Shown here: positions 1-10,254 of the stretch, one piece after another
How the letters are laid out: the number at the start of each line of letters is the position of its first letter
How positions within the stretch are numbered: the stretch's first letter is position 1
Source: Hyphochytrium catenoides
Taxonomy: Eukaryota; Protista; Hyphochytriomycota
Assembly: GCA_900088475.1 (NCBI GenBank)
Contig: FLMG01003917.1
Coordinates: 91,669-155,668 of the forward strand
DNA: 64,000 nt
Direction: 5' to 3'
The notes under the pieces: generated by a model
Database searches by the model: none
What the model was told of the DNA's origin: nothing
What the model saw: only the letters and a program-made list of their open reading frames with translations
Program-made: the position numbers and the translations under genes

Positions 1-7
1 CCCACAG

Positions 8-1182
8 GAGCTACGTCAGCGGTCAGCCGAACGAGAGAGAGGGCATGAAAGCGGCAACCGGGCGAATGCTGCGATGTATGCGGGCTACTATTTTGAGAAG
101 CTTCTGACGGTTGGAGAGCATGATCCCAATCCGGTGAATAGCAATATCGAGTACTGCGGGATCTTCAAGACCAAGATTGGTCAAAATAGGTGTGCCATTT
201 CTCACCTCTCACTTGTTCGTCAAGAGGCAGAAGAGACGCTAAAATAAGACCTGTAGAGGCGCCTCTAGAGAGACGTGCAACGGGGATTTTAGAATTTAGG
301 ATAGCTACAGCCTGGAGCAGATCCGAGCTCATCCTTACGTGCCCTGCTTATTCCCGTCCGTAGCATCGCTCTAGCTGCGGAGATCGATTGTGAGAGGGAT
401 TCGCACAACCCTCCCGACTCCTATGTGGAGCTTAAGACCTCTAGATTGATGGCCACACCCCGAGAGAAGGAGAACTTTGAGCGGTATGTAACTGTTGGAG
501 GCACACATAAACATCGTGCCTCGTCAGTTCTCTTTCTAACCCTGCGGAGATTTCTCTCCCTACTAGCACATCACTGAGTTCTTCGCATATCCCTCTTCAT
601 CGCTGTTCTAGATTCAAATTGTTAAGCTTCTGGATCCAATCCTTCCTCGCTGGAGTCCCTGAGATCCTCTGCGGATTCAGAGACGACGACTTTATACTTC
701 AAGAAGTCAGGAAATTCAAAACTCAAGACATCCCTCATCTGGTTAGCAAGGGTACCAACAGCTGGGTAGGTTATTCGTGGTCAAAACCTGGCGACAAAGG
801 GTCGTAGCAGTGAGGGAGAACCTGTTTAACGAGGCAAGATGAGAGAGAGTCCGCCTCTAAGACAGATCATTCGAGCACTGGTGAAGGAATAGAGCTTAAA
901 GGGTGGAAGCTGATCTTTCGGGGAGGAATCTATCTCTTTTGAACCATACGCTGGCACTGATTATTTGCCTTTACCACTCGATACCTCACCTTTTCTTGGC
1001 AGAATCGTCACGTTTGCATCAACTTTGCAGACCTTCTCCTTTCGTGGCTAGTCCGTGAGACAGAGGAGGGTCAGGTTTACTTCCTGACTTTCGACCCGAC
1101 AAGGAGAGAAGTCACGTTAGAGCTGAAGGGGCCTCAAGAGCGCTTCGTTCCCGCCGGCGTCTCGTCTTCCGTGAGCTCCTAA
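8..1182 (+). CDS. DXO: Decapping/5'-3' exoribonuclease DXO/Rai1 family, 3' part (5' end lies upstream of window; 4 exons visible)
   Basis: Spliced exons (~8-189, 364-484, 612-765, 1003-1182) give YAGYYFE, AEIDC, YVELKTS and KLLSFWIQSFLAGVPEILCGFRD, the conserved DXO/Rai1 motifs. Stop TAA at 1180-1182. Confidence 0.9.
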
Positions 1183-2237
1183 AGCCGCAGCAGCAGGATC
1201 AACGGGGATCGATAGTCAGAGTACGAGGATGGCGGAGCTCTATGCTACGTATCTGACACTAGGACCAAAGACTATAACGTAGGCATCTGTTGGGTCTGAA
1301 ACGGGAGTTCCCTCTTCGGTACCACCAGGGCTATTGCGTGGAAGGTGAACATTCTGCACCAAAAGAACAACCTTTTCCAAACTATACGAAATCATGGAGG
1401 CCCTGGTCCTCGGCAGCTGTCTAAGGTCCGGTGGGCCGGATATTTCATCGTCGGCCATTTCTCTCCAGATAGCTCAAGGTGTCCCTTCTCTGCAATCTAA
1501 CCTAACTGCCCAGAGTTATGGCCATGGGAACAACCAGAAGACAAATGTATGCGTAGAGGTAAGGACGATACACATACCAATGTAGCAACTCTAAGGCAAA
1601 CAATAGCTACCTGACGAGCAGCCGTCCCTTAGTGAGCCTCTAAAGAGCCTCTATAATAATACGACGAGAGATGCTGAAAGAGCACGTGGTACAGCCCCGA
1701 TCAGCTTTCATTCACTTTATTCCTTCAAAAGCCATGAAAAGTATTGCCGCGAGCATTGACGCTGCTGACAATGAACCTTGCTTCACAAAGTCAAAGCGAG
1801 CTCCAGATCCTCCTGACTCTCTCTGTCCTGCTGCTGCTGCTGCTGCTGGTCTGGGAGCAAGATACTTATCTTTTTATAAAGATCTGATGTTTGTAACGCC
1901 CTGATGCGAACTTTATTTTGGGACATCTTACAAAGATATTGTGGGCAACAGCCCACCCGCGGATCCACAGCTTATTACTGTAGTATTTGGTGCAATTTGA
2001 TGATTACCTCGAACGCCCATCCACCCCGTGGATATGGACTCCCTCCAAAAACACACTTTCTACCATTGGGGAAGAGTTATTAGCTCTGGACCTTGTTCTG
2101 CTGGTAGGCACCCTTGTTTCTCGAATACGAAAGGAATAAAAAAAGCTTTGGCTTTTATGAGAAAGCTGGTCAGGGGTAAGAAAGGGCGGATTGTGTGCAT
2201 TTCGTACCTTGTGTACTGAGTCATTGTTCCTGACCTC

Positions 2238-2238
2238 G

Positions 2239-2269
<31 letters not shown>

Positions 2270-2566
2270 TCTCTTTCTCTCTTCCTCTCTCTTTCTCTCT
2301 TTCTCTCTCTCTTTCTCTCTTCCTCTCTCTTTCTCTCTCTCTCTCTCTCTTCCTCTCTTCCTCTCTTTCTCTCTTTCTTTCTCTCTCTCTTTCTCTCTTC
2401 CCCTCTCTTTCTCTCTCTCTCTCTCTCTTTCCCCATCTCTCTCTCTCTCTTTCTACATCTCTCTCTTTCTCTCTCTCTCTGTCTCTCTTCTCTCTCTCTC
2501 GTAGCTATTTTCCTCCTGTATCCCTGTGATCGCACCAGCACTGCACCCGCTCTCTCTCTCTCTCAT
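2238..2566 (+). repeat. Imperfect (CT)n / polypyrimidine microsatellite
   Basis: Directly visible CT dinucleotide tract about 0.5 kb upstream of the 3043 ATG. Confidence 0.95.
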
Positions 2567-3042
2567 TCTCTTTCTGTAAGCTGTATCAACAAGAGACGAG
2601 AGCTTCAGAACCTTCAGAACCCCCACAGCTGCTCCACATTCTTCAGACTCCATCAAGCCTCGCGCAAACGTTGCCGCTCACGTCCTCCTCCGCCTCCTAG
2701 CCGCCCGGCCATTGGACATGAGATCAGATGTTTGACTACCCTGATGCTGTCCAGAGCTAGGAACTAGTAACAGATGAAAGGAGATCGTCGGCTTTTCACT
2801 ATCTTGGAAACACTATTGAATTGAAGCAGAAAGACGACACCAGCGGACTGGCAGGACTGAAGCTTAACTGGAGACAGACAATTATTGGGTTGCCTGAGAG
2901 CTTTATTATATGCTCAGGCCATTCCAGGCTGCCGCAGCGGCCTAATCTGGCTTACGAGTCAACAAGTAGACGGTCTCAGGCTGGTTGTCTAAGCATCAAG
3001 TGAGAAGAATACCGTGGAAGAGCAAAAAACAGAGAAGATACG

Positions 3043-6000
3043 ATGGGCAATCAACACGGCTCGACGGGCCAAAGGCCCCGCGTAGTTATTATTGGTGGCG
3101 GCTATGCTGGGACTGCCGTCGCGAAAGCCCTGGACGCCGAGTTCAACGTGGTTCTTATCGAGAGAAAGGAGTTCATGCTGCACAACATCGCAGGTCTTCG
3201 GGCTTGCGTGCGCCCTGGCTGGGAGAACTATGTCTGTATTCCATATAACAAACTGCTCAAGCACGGAGTGGTCGTGCGCGGTACCGCTGTCGGGCTAAAC
3301 GCGAGCGAACAGACAGTGATTGTGCAGGAAGAGTCTTCAGAAGAAGTGGTGCGCTATGACTTCCTTGTGATGGCGACAGGTTCTATCAATGGCTTTCCAG
3401 GGAAGTTACCCGTGAATGTGATCAGCAAGGAGTGGACTCAAGAGCTCTATAGAAGCACTCAAAAGGCAATTCAAGCCGCTAGAAATATCCTCATCGTCGG
3501 AGGTGGACCCGTTGGTTGTGAACTTGCTGGCGAGATCAAAAGTACGCACCCATCCAAGACTGTCTACCTAGTGCACAATACGACGGCGCTGTGCAATAAC
3601 ACGCAGCCACCTCTGCCAGACAAGTTCAAAGTGAGGCTCCTTGATCAACTTCGCAACCTAGGCGTCCAGGTTTTGATGAATGACTATCAAATCAACGCCG
3701 AGATTGAGGCCCGCTTCGGTACCAAAGTGCTTGAAGATGAGCTTTTCATCAGTGGGACCGAAATGGTATTGACCACTGACAGTGGTAGGGATTTCACGGC
3801 GGACCTGATATTCCGCTGCTTAGGCAACAGAAGAGGAAGCGACCTTGTAGACACCACGTGGCTCAATGCCAAGGGGCAGATCAAGGTGAATCAGCACTTG
3901 CAAGTGCTAGGACGGGGCAACGAGAGAATCTTCGCGTGTGGAGACATTAACGATGTGCCAGAGAGCAAAATGGCCTACTACGCTGCTTCTCAGGCCAAGG
4001 TGGTGGCCAAGAACATAACCAGGATGGCTCAGGGCAAGATGCGACTATCAGAGTACTCTCCCGCTAAGTACACATCTATTCTAGTCCCTGTCGGGCCGGA
4101 AGGGGGCTCCTCCGTGCTTGAAGGTTACTATGTAGGCCCTTTCATGACTGCCAAGATCAAGTCCCATGAACTTTTTGTGCCCAAATATTGGGGAGATCTG
4201 GAACTGCCAAACCCATTCAATAGCGTGATTCCGATGCAAGAGACACGCTTTACCCTGGTCAAGGAACTGGATAGACCTGGTATGCCTCTTCTTTCATCGC
4301 CATCTAACAAGCCGACCGTGGTGATCATAGGCGGAGGGTACGCGGGAATAACGGCAGCTCAAGAGCTGGATCAGACTGCAAATGTTGTTGTAGTGGAGAA
4401 GAGAGACTTCATGCTGCACAACATCGCGGGTCTGCGTGCCTGTGTGCGGAATGGATGGGAAAGTTTTGTCTGCATCCCGTATACTCGTGCTCTGAACTTC
4501 GGCAGGGTCATCCGCGCCACGGCACGGCATATCGACCCACGGTTGCGCAGTGTGATAGTGGAAGATTCTTTCACTCAGACAGAGCTGAAGTACGACTTTT
4601 TGGTGCTGGCAATGGGAAGTGCCAACGGCTTCCCTGGTAAACTTCCCGGCAGTGTTATGGAGCGACAATGGACACTTGAGCTCTATAGAAGCACGCAAGA
4701 CGCCATACGGGCGTCGAGGAGTATTCTTATTGTAGGGGGAGGGCCTGTCGGTTGTGAGCTAGCAGGGGAAATTCGCACAGTCTACGGAGACAAGCAGGTG
4801 ACGCTCGTGCATAACTCTTCCAAGCTCTGTAACAACGCTCAACCCCCTCTTGGCGAGAAGTTCAGCAAGAGCCTTCAAAAGCAGCTGGAGGACGTAGGGG
4901 TGGACGTGGTGTTAAATGATCAAACTATCATCCAGCAGCTAAACACGTTGTTTGGACGGAAAGACCTGGATGAGGAGCTGTACATAGCTGGACAGATAAT
5001 CACGGTTACCAAACAGAGCGGACAAGAGGTGACTGCTGACCTAATTTTTCGATGCGTGGGCAACAAAAGAAGCAGTTTAGAGGTCGAACCGCATTTCCTG
5101 GACAATCATGGTCAGCTACGCGTGGATGAGTACCTCAGACTGGCTGGTACAGACACAGTCTTTGCCTGCGGGGATGCTAACGACGTTCCCGAAAGCAAGC
5201 AGGCGTACTTTGCCGCGTTACAGGCCAAGAGAGTGGCAAAAAACATTATGGCATTAGCTGCTAACCAGCGATTGTACAGATATTCTCCTGCTAAATCGGG
5301 CAGCATGCTAGTGCCCGTGGGGGAGAAAGGAGGCGCCTCAGAGCTGCAAGGGTTTTACGTGGGACCATTCCTAACGTCCAAGATAAAGTCAGCAGAGCTC
5401 TTCGTAGGCACGTATTGGAAGCAGCTAAACTTTGCAGAAGCCGGCGTCGATCCTTCCTCCGACGAGGTAGCCTTTCTCTCTCGTTCTAGCCGACAGCTGA
5501 GTACCTCCTCCCGCTCGTCTTCTGCTGGAACCCTTTGGGGCGTCCCTGCAGAGAAGCTAAAAGATGGCAAGGAGGTTGTAGTGGTGGGCGGAGGGTATGC
5601 AGGAGTGGAGGTGGCCAAACTCCTGGACCCCTATATGACTGTCACTCTTATCGAGAGAAAGGAGTTCATGCTGCACAACATATCTTCGCTCCGCTCTTGT
5701 ATAGTTCAAGGGCACGAGATGTACTCATGTGTCCCTTACTCTCGCCTTCTCAAGCGTGGGCGTGTACTGAAAGGCTCTGTGGTGGCAGTGGCTCCACTTC
5801 TAAAGACAGTGACTGTGGTGGACGATATATCTGAACGAGAGATAAGCTATGACTTCCTGGTCCTTTGTACAGGCTCGCTCAACGGCTTCCCTGCAAAGAT
5901 GCCTGCCAATGTTTTGACCAAGAATGTGACCTTCGCTTTGTACAGGAGCTGCCAGGATGCTGTGAGGGTGGCGGACTCTGTCCTGGTGGTAGGTGGTGGG

Positions 6001-6717
6001 CCTGTAGCCATAGAGCTAGTAGGGGAAATCATCGCAATGTACCCCGGAAAAAGGATATATCTTGTGACCAACGCTTCGCACCTACTGAATAACACGACGC
6101 CGCCAGTTTCAACCAAGGTAAAAGACAGGCTCCTCCAATCACTCTCCACACGAGGCGTGAAGGTGATTTTCGATGACCGAAAGGTCCATGAGACCCTGCT
6201 AGAGACTTTCGGCCGAAAGCAGCTGGAAGAGGAACTGTTTATCAAAGGAGACGGACTGATCTTTACCACTGATAGCGGCGTAAACATCCAAGTGGATCTC
6301 ATCTTCCGCTGTGTGGGGAATCATCTAAACACTGAGATCTTCGATCCAAAGTGGAAGGACCAAGACGGCCGTCTGAAGGTCAACAGGCATTTGCAGGTGC
6401 AAGGATACAACGACATCTTCGCGGCAGGCGACATCACCGACATTAAAGAGTCAAAGCTCGCTTTCTACGCACAGAACCATGCTAAAGTGATCGCCAAGAA
6501 TATTCGGGCATTGGCAGCAGGCAAGACCTCGCTCTCGAGATACAGAGCGCCGACGCAATCCAGTATGCTCGTCTCTCTCGGACCTGGGGATGGTGCCTCT
6601 GAGCTGCAAGGCGTGTTTGCTGGTGCCTTCATCACTGCGAAGCTGAAGAGCAATGATCTGTTGGTAGGGAAGACGTGGTCTGATCTAGGCTTCCAGCGGC
6701 CTGGTGTTGCTGGGTGA
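3043..6717 (+). CDS. AIFM2: Intronless 1224-aa protein with three tandem FSP1/AIFM2 (AMID)-like FAD-dependent NAD(P)H oxidoreductase units and an N-myristoylation motif
   Basis: Each of three ~370-aa units (~3073-4200, 4312-5427, 5569-6690) has GGGYAG (FAD), HNIxxLRxC, GGGPV(G/A)xELxGEI (NAD(P)H), F(A)xGD, SKxA(Y/F)xA and KxKSxxLxVxxxW, which match FSP1. N-terminus is MGNQHGS. Confidence 0.92.
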   Translation: MGNQHGSTGQRPRVVIIGGGYAGTAVAKALDAEFNVVLIERKEFMLHNIAGLRACVRPGWENYVCIPYNKLLKHGVVVRGTAVGLNASEQTVIVQEESSEEVVRYDFLVMATGSINGFPGKLPVNVISKEWTQELYRSTQKAIQAARNILIVGGGPVGCELAGEIKSTHPSKTVYLVHNTTALCNNTQPPLPDKFKVRLLDQLRNLGVQVLMNDYQINAEIEARFGTKVLEDELFISGTEMVLTTDSGRDFTADLIFRCLGNRRGSDLVDTTWLNAKGQIKVNQHLQVLGRGNERIFACGDINDVPESKMAYYAASQAKVVAKNITRMAQGKMRLSEYSPAKYTSILVPVGPEGGSSVLEGYYVGPFMTAKIKSHELFVPKYWGDLELPNPFNSVIPMQETRFTLVKELDRPGMPLLSSPSNKPTVVIIGGGYAGITAAQELDQTANVVVVEKRDFMLHNIAGLRACVRNGWESFVCIPYTRALNFGRVIRATARHIDPRLRSVIVEDSFTQTELKYDFLVLAMGSANGFPGKLPGSVMERQWTLELYRSTQDAIRASRSILIVGGGPVGCELAGEIRTVYGDKQVTLVHNSSKLCNNAQPPLGEKFSKSLQKQLEDVGVDVVLNDQTIIQQLNTLFGRKDLDEELYIAGQIITVTKQSGQEVTADLIFRCVGNKRSSLEVEPHFLDNHGQLRVDEYLRLAGTDTVFACGDANDVPESKQAYFAALQAKRVAKNIMALAANQRLYRYSPAKSGSMLVPVGEKGGASELQGFYVGPFLTSKIKSAELFVGTYWKQLNFAEAGVDPSSDEVAFLSRSSRQLSTSSRSSSAGTLWGVPAEKLKDGKEVVVVGGGYAGVEVAKLLDPYMTVTLIERKEFMLHNISSLRSCIVQGHEMYSCVPYSRLLKRGRVLKGSVVAVAPLLKTVTVVDDISEREISYDFLVLCTGSLNGFPAKMPANVLTKNVTFALYRSCQDAVRVADSVLVVGGGPVAIELVGEIIAMYPGKRIYLVTNASHLLNNTTPPVSTKVKDRLLQSLSTRGVKVIFDDRKVHETLLETFGRKQLEEELFIKGDGLIFTTDSGVNIQVDLIFRCVGNHLNTEIFDPKWKDQDGRLKVNRHLQVQGYNDIFAAGDITDIKESKLAFYAQNHAKVIAKNIRALAAGKTSLSRYRAPTQSSMLVSLGPGDGASELQGVFAGAFITAKLKSNDLLVGKTWSDLGFQRPGVAG

Positions 6718-7416
6718 AGTTTAGAAAAACATGTGTACATAGAAGACGGAACTCACCCCGAAGTGGAAGAGCATTGACCTACTGGTAAGGAAAACCTGTT
6801 CTTACATAAGCTTCCATCCCTAGCATTGCTGGGCAAGGAAAGAATGGTTGTTTCTCTACATATGAGAACGATCGCTTCTCTCTGGCTTGGAGGCTCTTAT
6901 CACTCTAAGTTTAGCAAGCATAGAAGCTACGCACGGGGCAGGACAAGGAGTCTTTAGGTAGTGAATGATCCAAGCGGCTTGATAGAGGACCAACGCACTG
7001 AAGACTGTTATGTTAAGTTTCAATCAATTGCGCTGATTATCCTTATCATTATGATCACGCCGGCGTCCTACAGTCTTCAAATGGAAGAGATGGAGTAATA
7101 TTCCCGCTGCATCGCCTAACTGATACATTAGCTTTACAAGGTTATGCACCCTATGTAGACTTCTGTGCTCTAGTATGTGCGGGCACCTCGCAGAGGTGCG
7201 CGGATTGCATCGCACAAAAGTGATGACAGCCTGCCTCTGGTTCTTTGCCGCTGCCAGAAAGTACCTTTCGGGTGGGATAGGTCCCAGCCTTTAGTTCGCT
7301 GTTAGGGTGGAACTCGAAGGCGCCTGTTTTTGGCGAGACGGACGAGCTTTGGTCTCCTCCCCTATGTAGTGAACCGATGCGGACCAGGACAGCATCTGTT
7401 AACGCACCAGAGGTCC

Positions 7417-9262
7417 TTAACGAGATGGGAAGAATGCGCCTCCACCTCCTCTTTGTAAATAGAGCTGGGCAAAATTGGCGACGATGACCGCCGTGCCCAC
7501 CGCTGCCACGACTGTGAGATACTTGAGAGAGAGAAGACCAAATTAGTTCCTTCTGTTCCATTGCGGTTACTAGATGGACAAAGAACGGCTTCAAGAGCTA
7601 AGACTTAAGAGAAGTGCAATGGGCTTGCAACTAAATGGGTCTTTTGCCGCTGCCAATAGCAGTGGCATAAGGTCACGAAGCNNNNNNNNNNNNNNNNNNN
7701 NNNNNNNNNNNNNNNNNNNNNNNNNNNNNNCCTTACCTTGCCCTTGGAGGCGCCATCTCCGACGTAGACTGCGTCGTCAGCAGGCCAAGAGGTCAGGCGG
7801 AAGCGCTCGGGTTGCTCATTGGCGGCATACTCGGTATCCTGCGTGGCACTGCCGCTGTCCCTTCTCTCTCTGCTTCCTTTCTTGTGATCCTTCCACTGTT
7901 TATAGAGCATCACATCTGAAGCTGGCGACTCCGTCTGCCATCTGAAGGGATAGTTTAAGAAGGTGCTGCTTCTCAATACTTTTGCGTGGCTCAAAAGCAC
8001 CAACTTGTGCGGCGGAACCTCCTCAAAGATCTGCAACGCATCCTGAATCGCTGCCTCCACATCCAACTCCGGTGGAAGCTTTGATAGAAAGTTGTGCACA
8101 GCCGAGAATTCGCATTCACAGAGAAGTAGCTTGTCCTTCCTTTGCAGGACGATCGCGGCCGAAACATAGAGCGAAAAGAGTGGATGAGTAGAGAGAAAAA
8201 CGTCGAAGAGTCTGCCGACGACGTCAAGGTCATTGATGTGGTGCGAGAACCAGGTCAGGACCCACGGAAGAGCAAAGTATGGTTCTATCCCTGAGGCCTG
8301 GATAAACTGGTGGACCTCCTTATCTCTTTCCTCCAGAAGCGGAAAGAGCATACGAAGAATCTCTATCACTTGGACGAAGTTCGGTCTCATGCACTCCCTA
8401 ATAGGGAATTGGCTCACTCTTTCTGCCATCTCGAAGGCTACTTTGTCATCGTGCATGAGAAGGAAGACCGTACAGATGTCGTGGAAGCCTTGATAGTACT
8501 TTAGCGCCGGATTCTGGCTAATGACAGCGTTCATGATGTCAAAGAGCTGCTGACGCTTCAACTTTCTCTCCCGCTAGGTAAAAGAAAGCGACCAGGGATA
8601 GAAGAGGCGAGAGCAGGGAAATGAGAATATAAGGTTATTCATCTTCTTCAACATCGCATGTGTTACTGCCTTACCTCTTTCATCTTGCCAAACTGCTTAA
8701 AGTGGTAGAAGGAGCGGTCGACATCCTTCCATAGCTGCTGGGCGTCCGGATGGTCAGTGACGAACCGGTGGTAGTCCGCAGCCTCATAGCGATTAATGCC
8801 CAGAAGCTTGGGCCATGCGCGCTGTCTAAAGCCCGTGTTTAGCAGACCCCCAGGGCTCAGAGCTAATTGGCGCAGCAGAGGCACATCAACCTGGGAAGGT
8901 GAGGCGAAGGAGAAGCAAGAAAGGCATAGGAAGAGACGGAAGCAGACGGGGCACGTAGGTCAAGTGGAGGAAGCCTCTGGGATTACCATTGAAGGGACCA
9001 TCTATAGCTAAGTGAGTAGAGAATCATTCCAGGAATGTGCAGAGTGAGCCATCCACGTAATGAATTAGCGGGTTTACAAGGGTCATACCGGGTTACTCTC
9101 AAGTGCCTCATTGATTAGAAGCCGTCGCTTCTGCAGTTGGCTAGCGGAGAGGAAAGCTTCCACCTTGTACTCCATTAACAAGGTTCCATCGGTGGCAGAA
9201 GCCTGTACAAGGTCCCGGCTGGGAGCGCCAACGCTCCTGCGAGGTTTCTTCTTCTTTGTCAT
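7417..9262 (-). CDS. TBC1D20: TBC-domain Rab GTPase-activating protein, TBC1D20/Gyp8 type, with C-terminal transmembrane anchor
   Basis: Exons 9262-9089, 8890-8675, 8573-7737, 7521-7417. Motifs RQRAWPKLLG, KDVDRS (Arg finger), YYQGFHD (Gln finger) and PYFALPWVLTWFSH. The last exon encodes hydrophobic YLTVVAAVGTAVIVANFAQLYL then stop. Confidence 0.88.
7682..7730. other. Assembly gap (49 N), inside the last TBC1D20 intron
   Basis: Run of N. The GTAAGG donor at 7736 and the AG acceptor at 7522-7523 flank it on the minus strand. Confidence 0.95.
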
Positions 9263-9873
9263 CGTCTTAGTCTATACATAACCAGCCTGCGGTTGCTATA
9301 CAGAAGCTGGTTGACCGACACAGGCTAGAGGTAGGTGATGGGTAGACGAGCTCATTGTGACAGCCCGTCAAAACCCAGGACCTTTCTCTTCGGCTGTTAG
9401 GTGCCGCCGTGCCCAATCCAATAGCTGAAAGTAGAGCTAATTGAAAGAGAGCTCAGTAGCTTAGCTGTCTCTACTGCCTCATTTCCAAAGCCACTATCAA
9501 CGTTCTTAGAGCCCAAATTCAAGGCTCAACTCCGTAGTGGCTTCTCCAGCAGCTTCTCCTTCGAGCTCCTTATCAAGCCTTTCCTCTGCAGACCCATGAG
9601 CATCGCTAGGAGACCTGCCCAGTGTCTGACGAGTGCCAGGATCTCCGTCAACGGCCTTCTGGAAGTAAGGACTAAAGACTGAAAGACAAGACCTGCCGCT
9701 GCCGCGCTGGATGGTCTGTCATCGGCAACTTCCACATCTTCCCCTCACATCATCTGCCCCTCTCACTGATTGTGATAATCAACATAGTCCCGAGTCAGTT
9801 ATCATCTATAGCTTGGAGCTAGTCGTTAGCGCCCCCTGTGTTCTCATCCAGGCAGCCGTACGAGAATATTGAA

Positions 9874-10052
9874 GACTGCAGACGCAGACGCAGACGAAGA
9901 AATTCAGAGAAAAGCTTTTATTACACAGAGATTGAGATTGGAGACGGGAGACTGAGACCGGGGACCGAAGTTCCTACCATAGAGACTGGAAAGTGGAGAC
10001 GGCAGCCTAGAGGTTAGAGACTAGAGAGTAAAAGAGTAGACACTAGAGACAG
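9874..10052 (+). repeat. Degenerate 6-7-bp tandem repeats (GCAGAC x3; GAGAYTG/GAGACGG/TAGAGAC-like units) between divergent TBC1D20 and HSCB
   Basis: Visible periodic units gagattg agattg gagacgg gagactg agaccg ... tagagac tagagag tagacac tagagac. Confidence 0.6.
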
Positions 10053-10254
10053 AGCCTCCGCACATTTCCATGATAAGTCTATGACAGAAAAGGGTGAGCA
10101 ATTTTGCGTAGAAGATTGTCAGGAGCGAAGCAGATGAGAGCACAGCCGAACTCTCACAGAAGCCAACGGTCAGAACTATCTTGTGCTAGTTGACAGACGG
10201 GGCCGATTTGATTAGTTGGGTAGAGCAGAGAACCAACACTGTACGCGGAAAGGG

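Noticed and set aside
1783-1870. Poly-Q plus UIM-like peptide (QQQQQQQDRESQEDLELALTL) on the minus strand
   Set aside because: It is a short ORF driven by a (CTG)7 run, with no start or splice support, and it lacks the UIM Ser.
2191-2541. ORFs with SLSLSL / RERERE translations (also near 16.8-17.7, 20.6, 37.5 and 38.4 kb)
   Set aside because: They are artefacts of (CT)n/(GA)n microsatellites lacking stop codons.
3043-6717. Assembly artefact producing the triple repeat
   Set aside because: The three units differ extensively at both DNA and protein level and have unique linkers, so this is not a duplicated read.
9500-9760. Coding-like minus-strand segment upstream of TBC1D20
   Set aside because: It is short, matches no family I recognise, and has no convincing start or intron structure.
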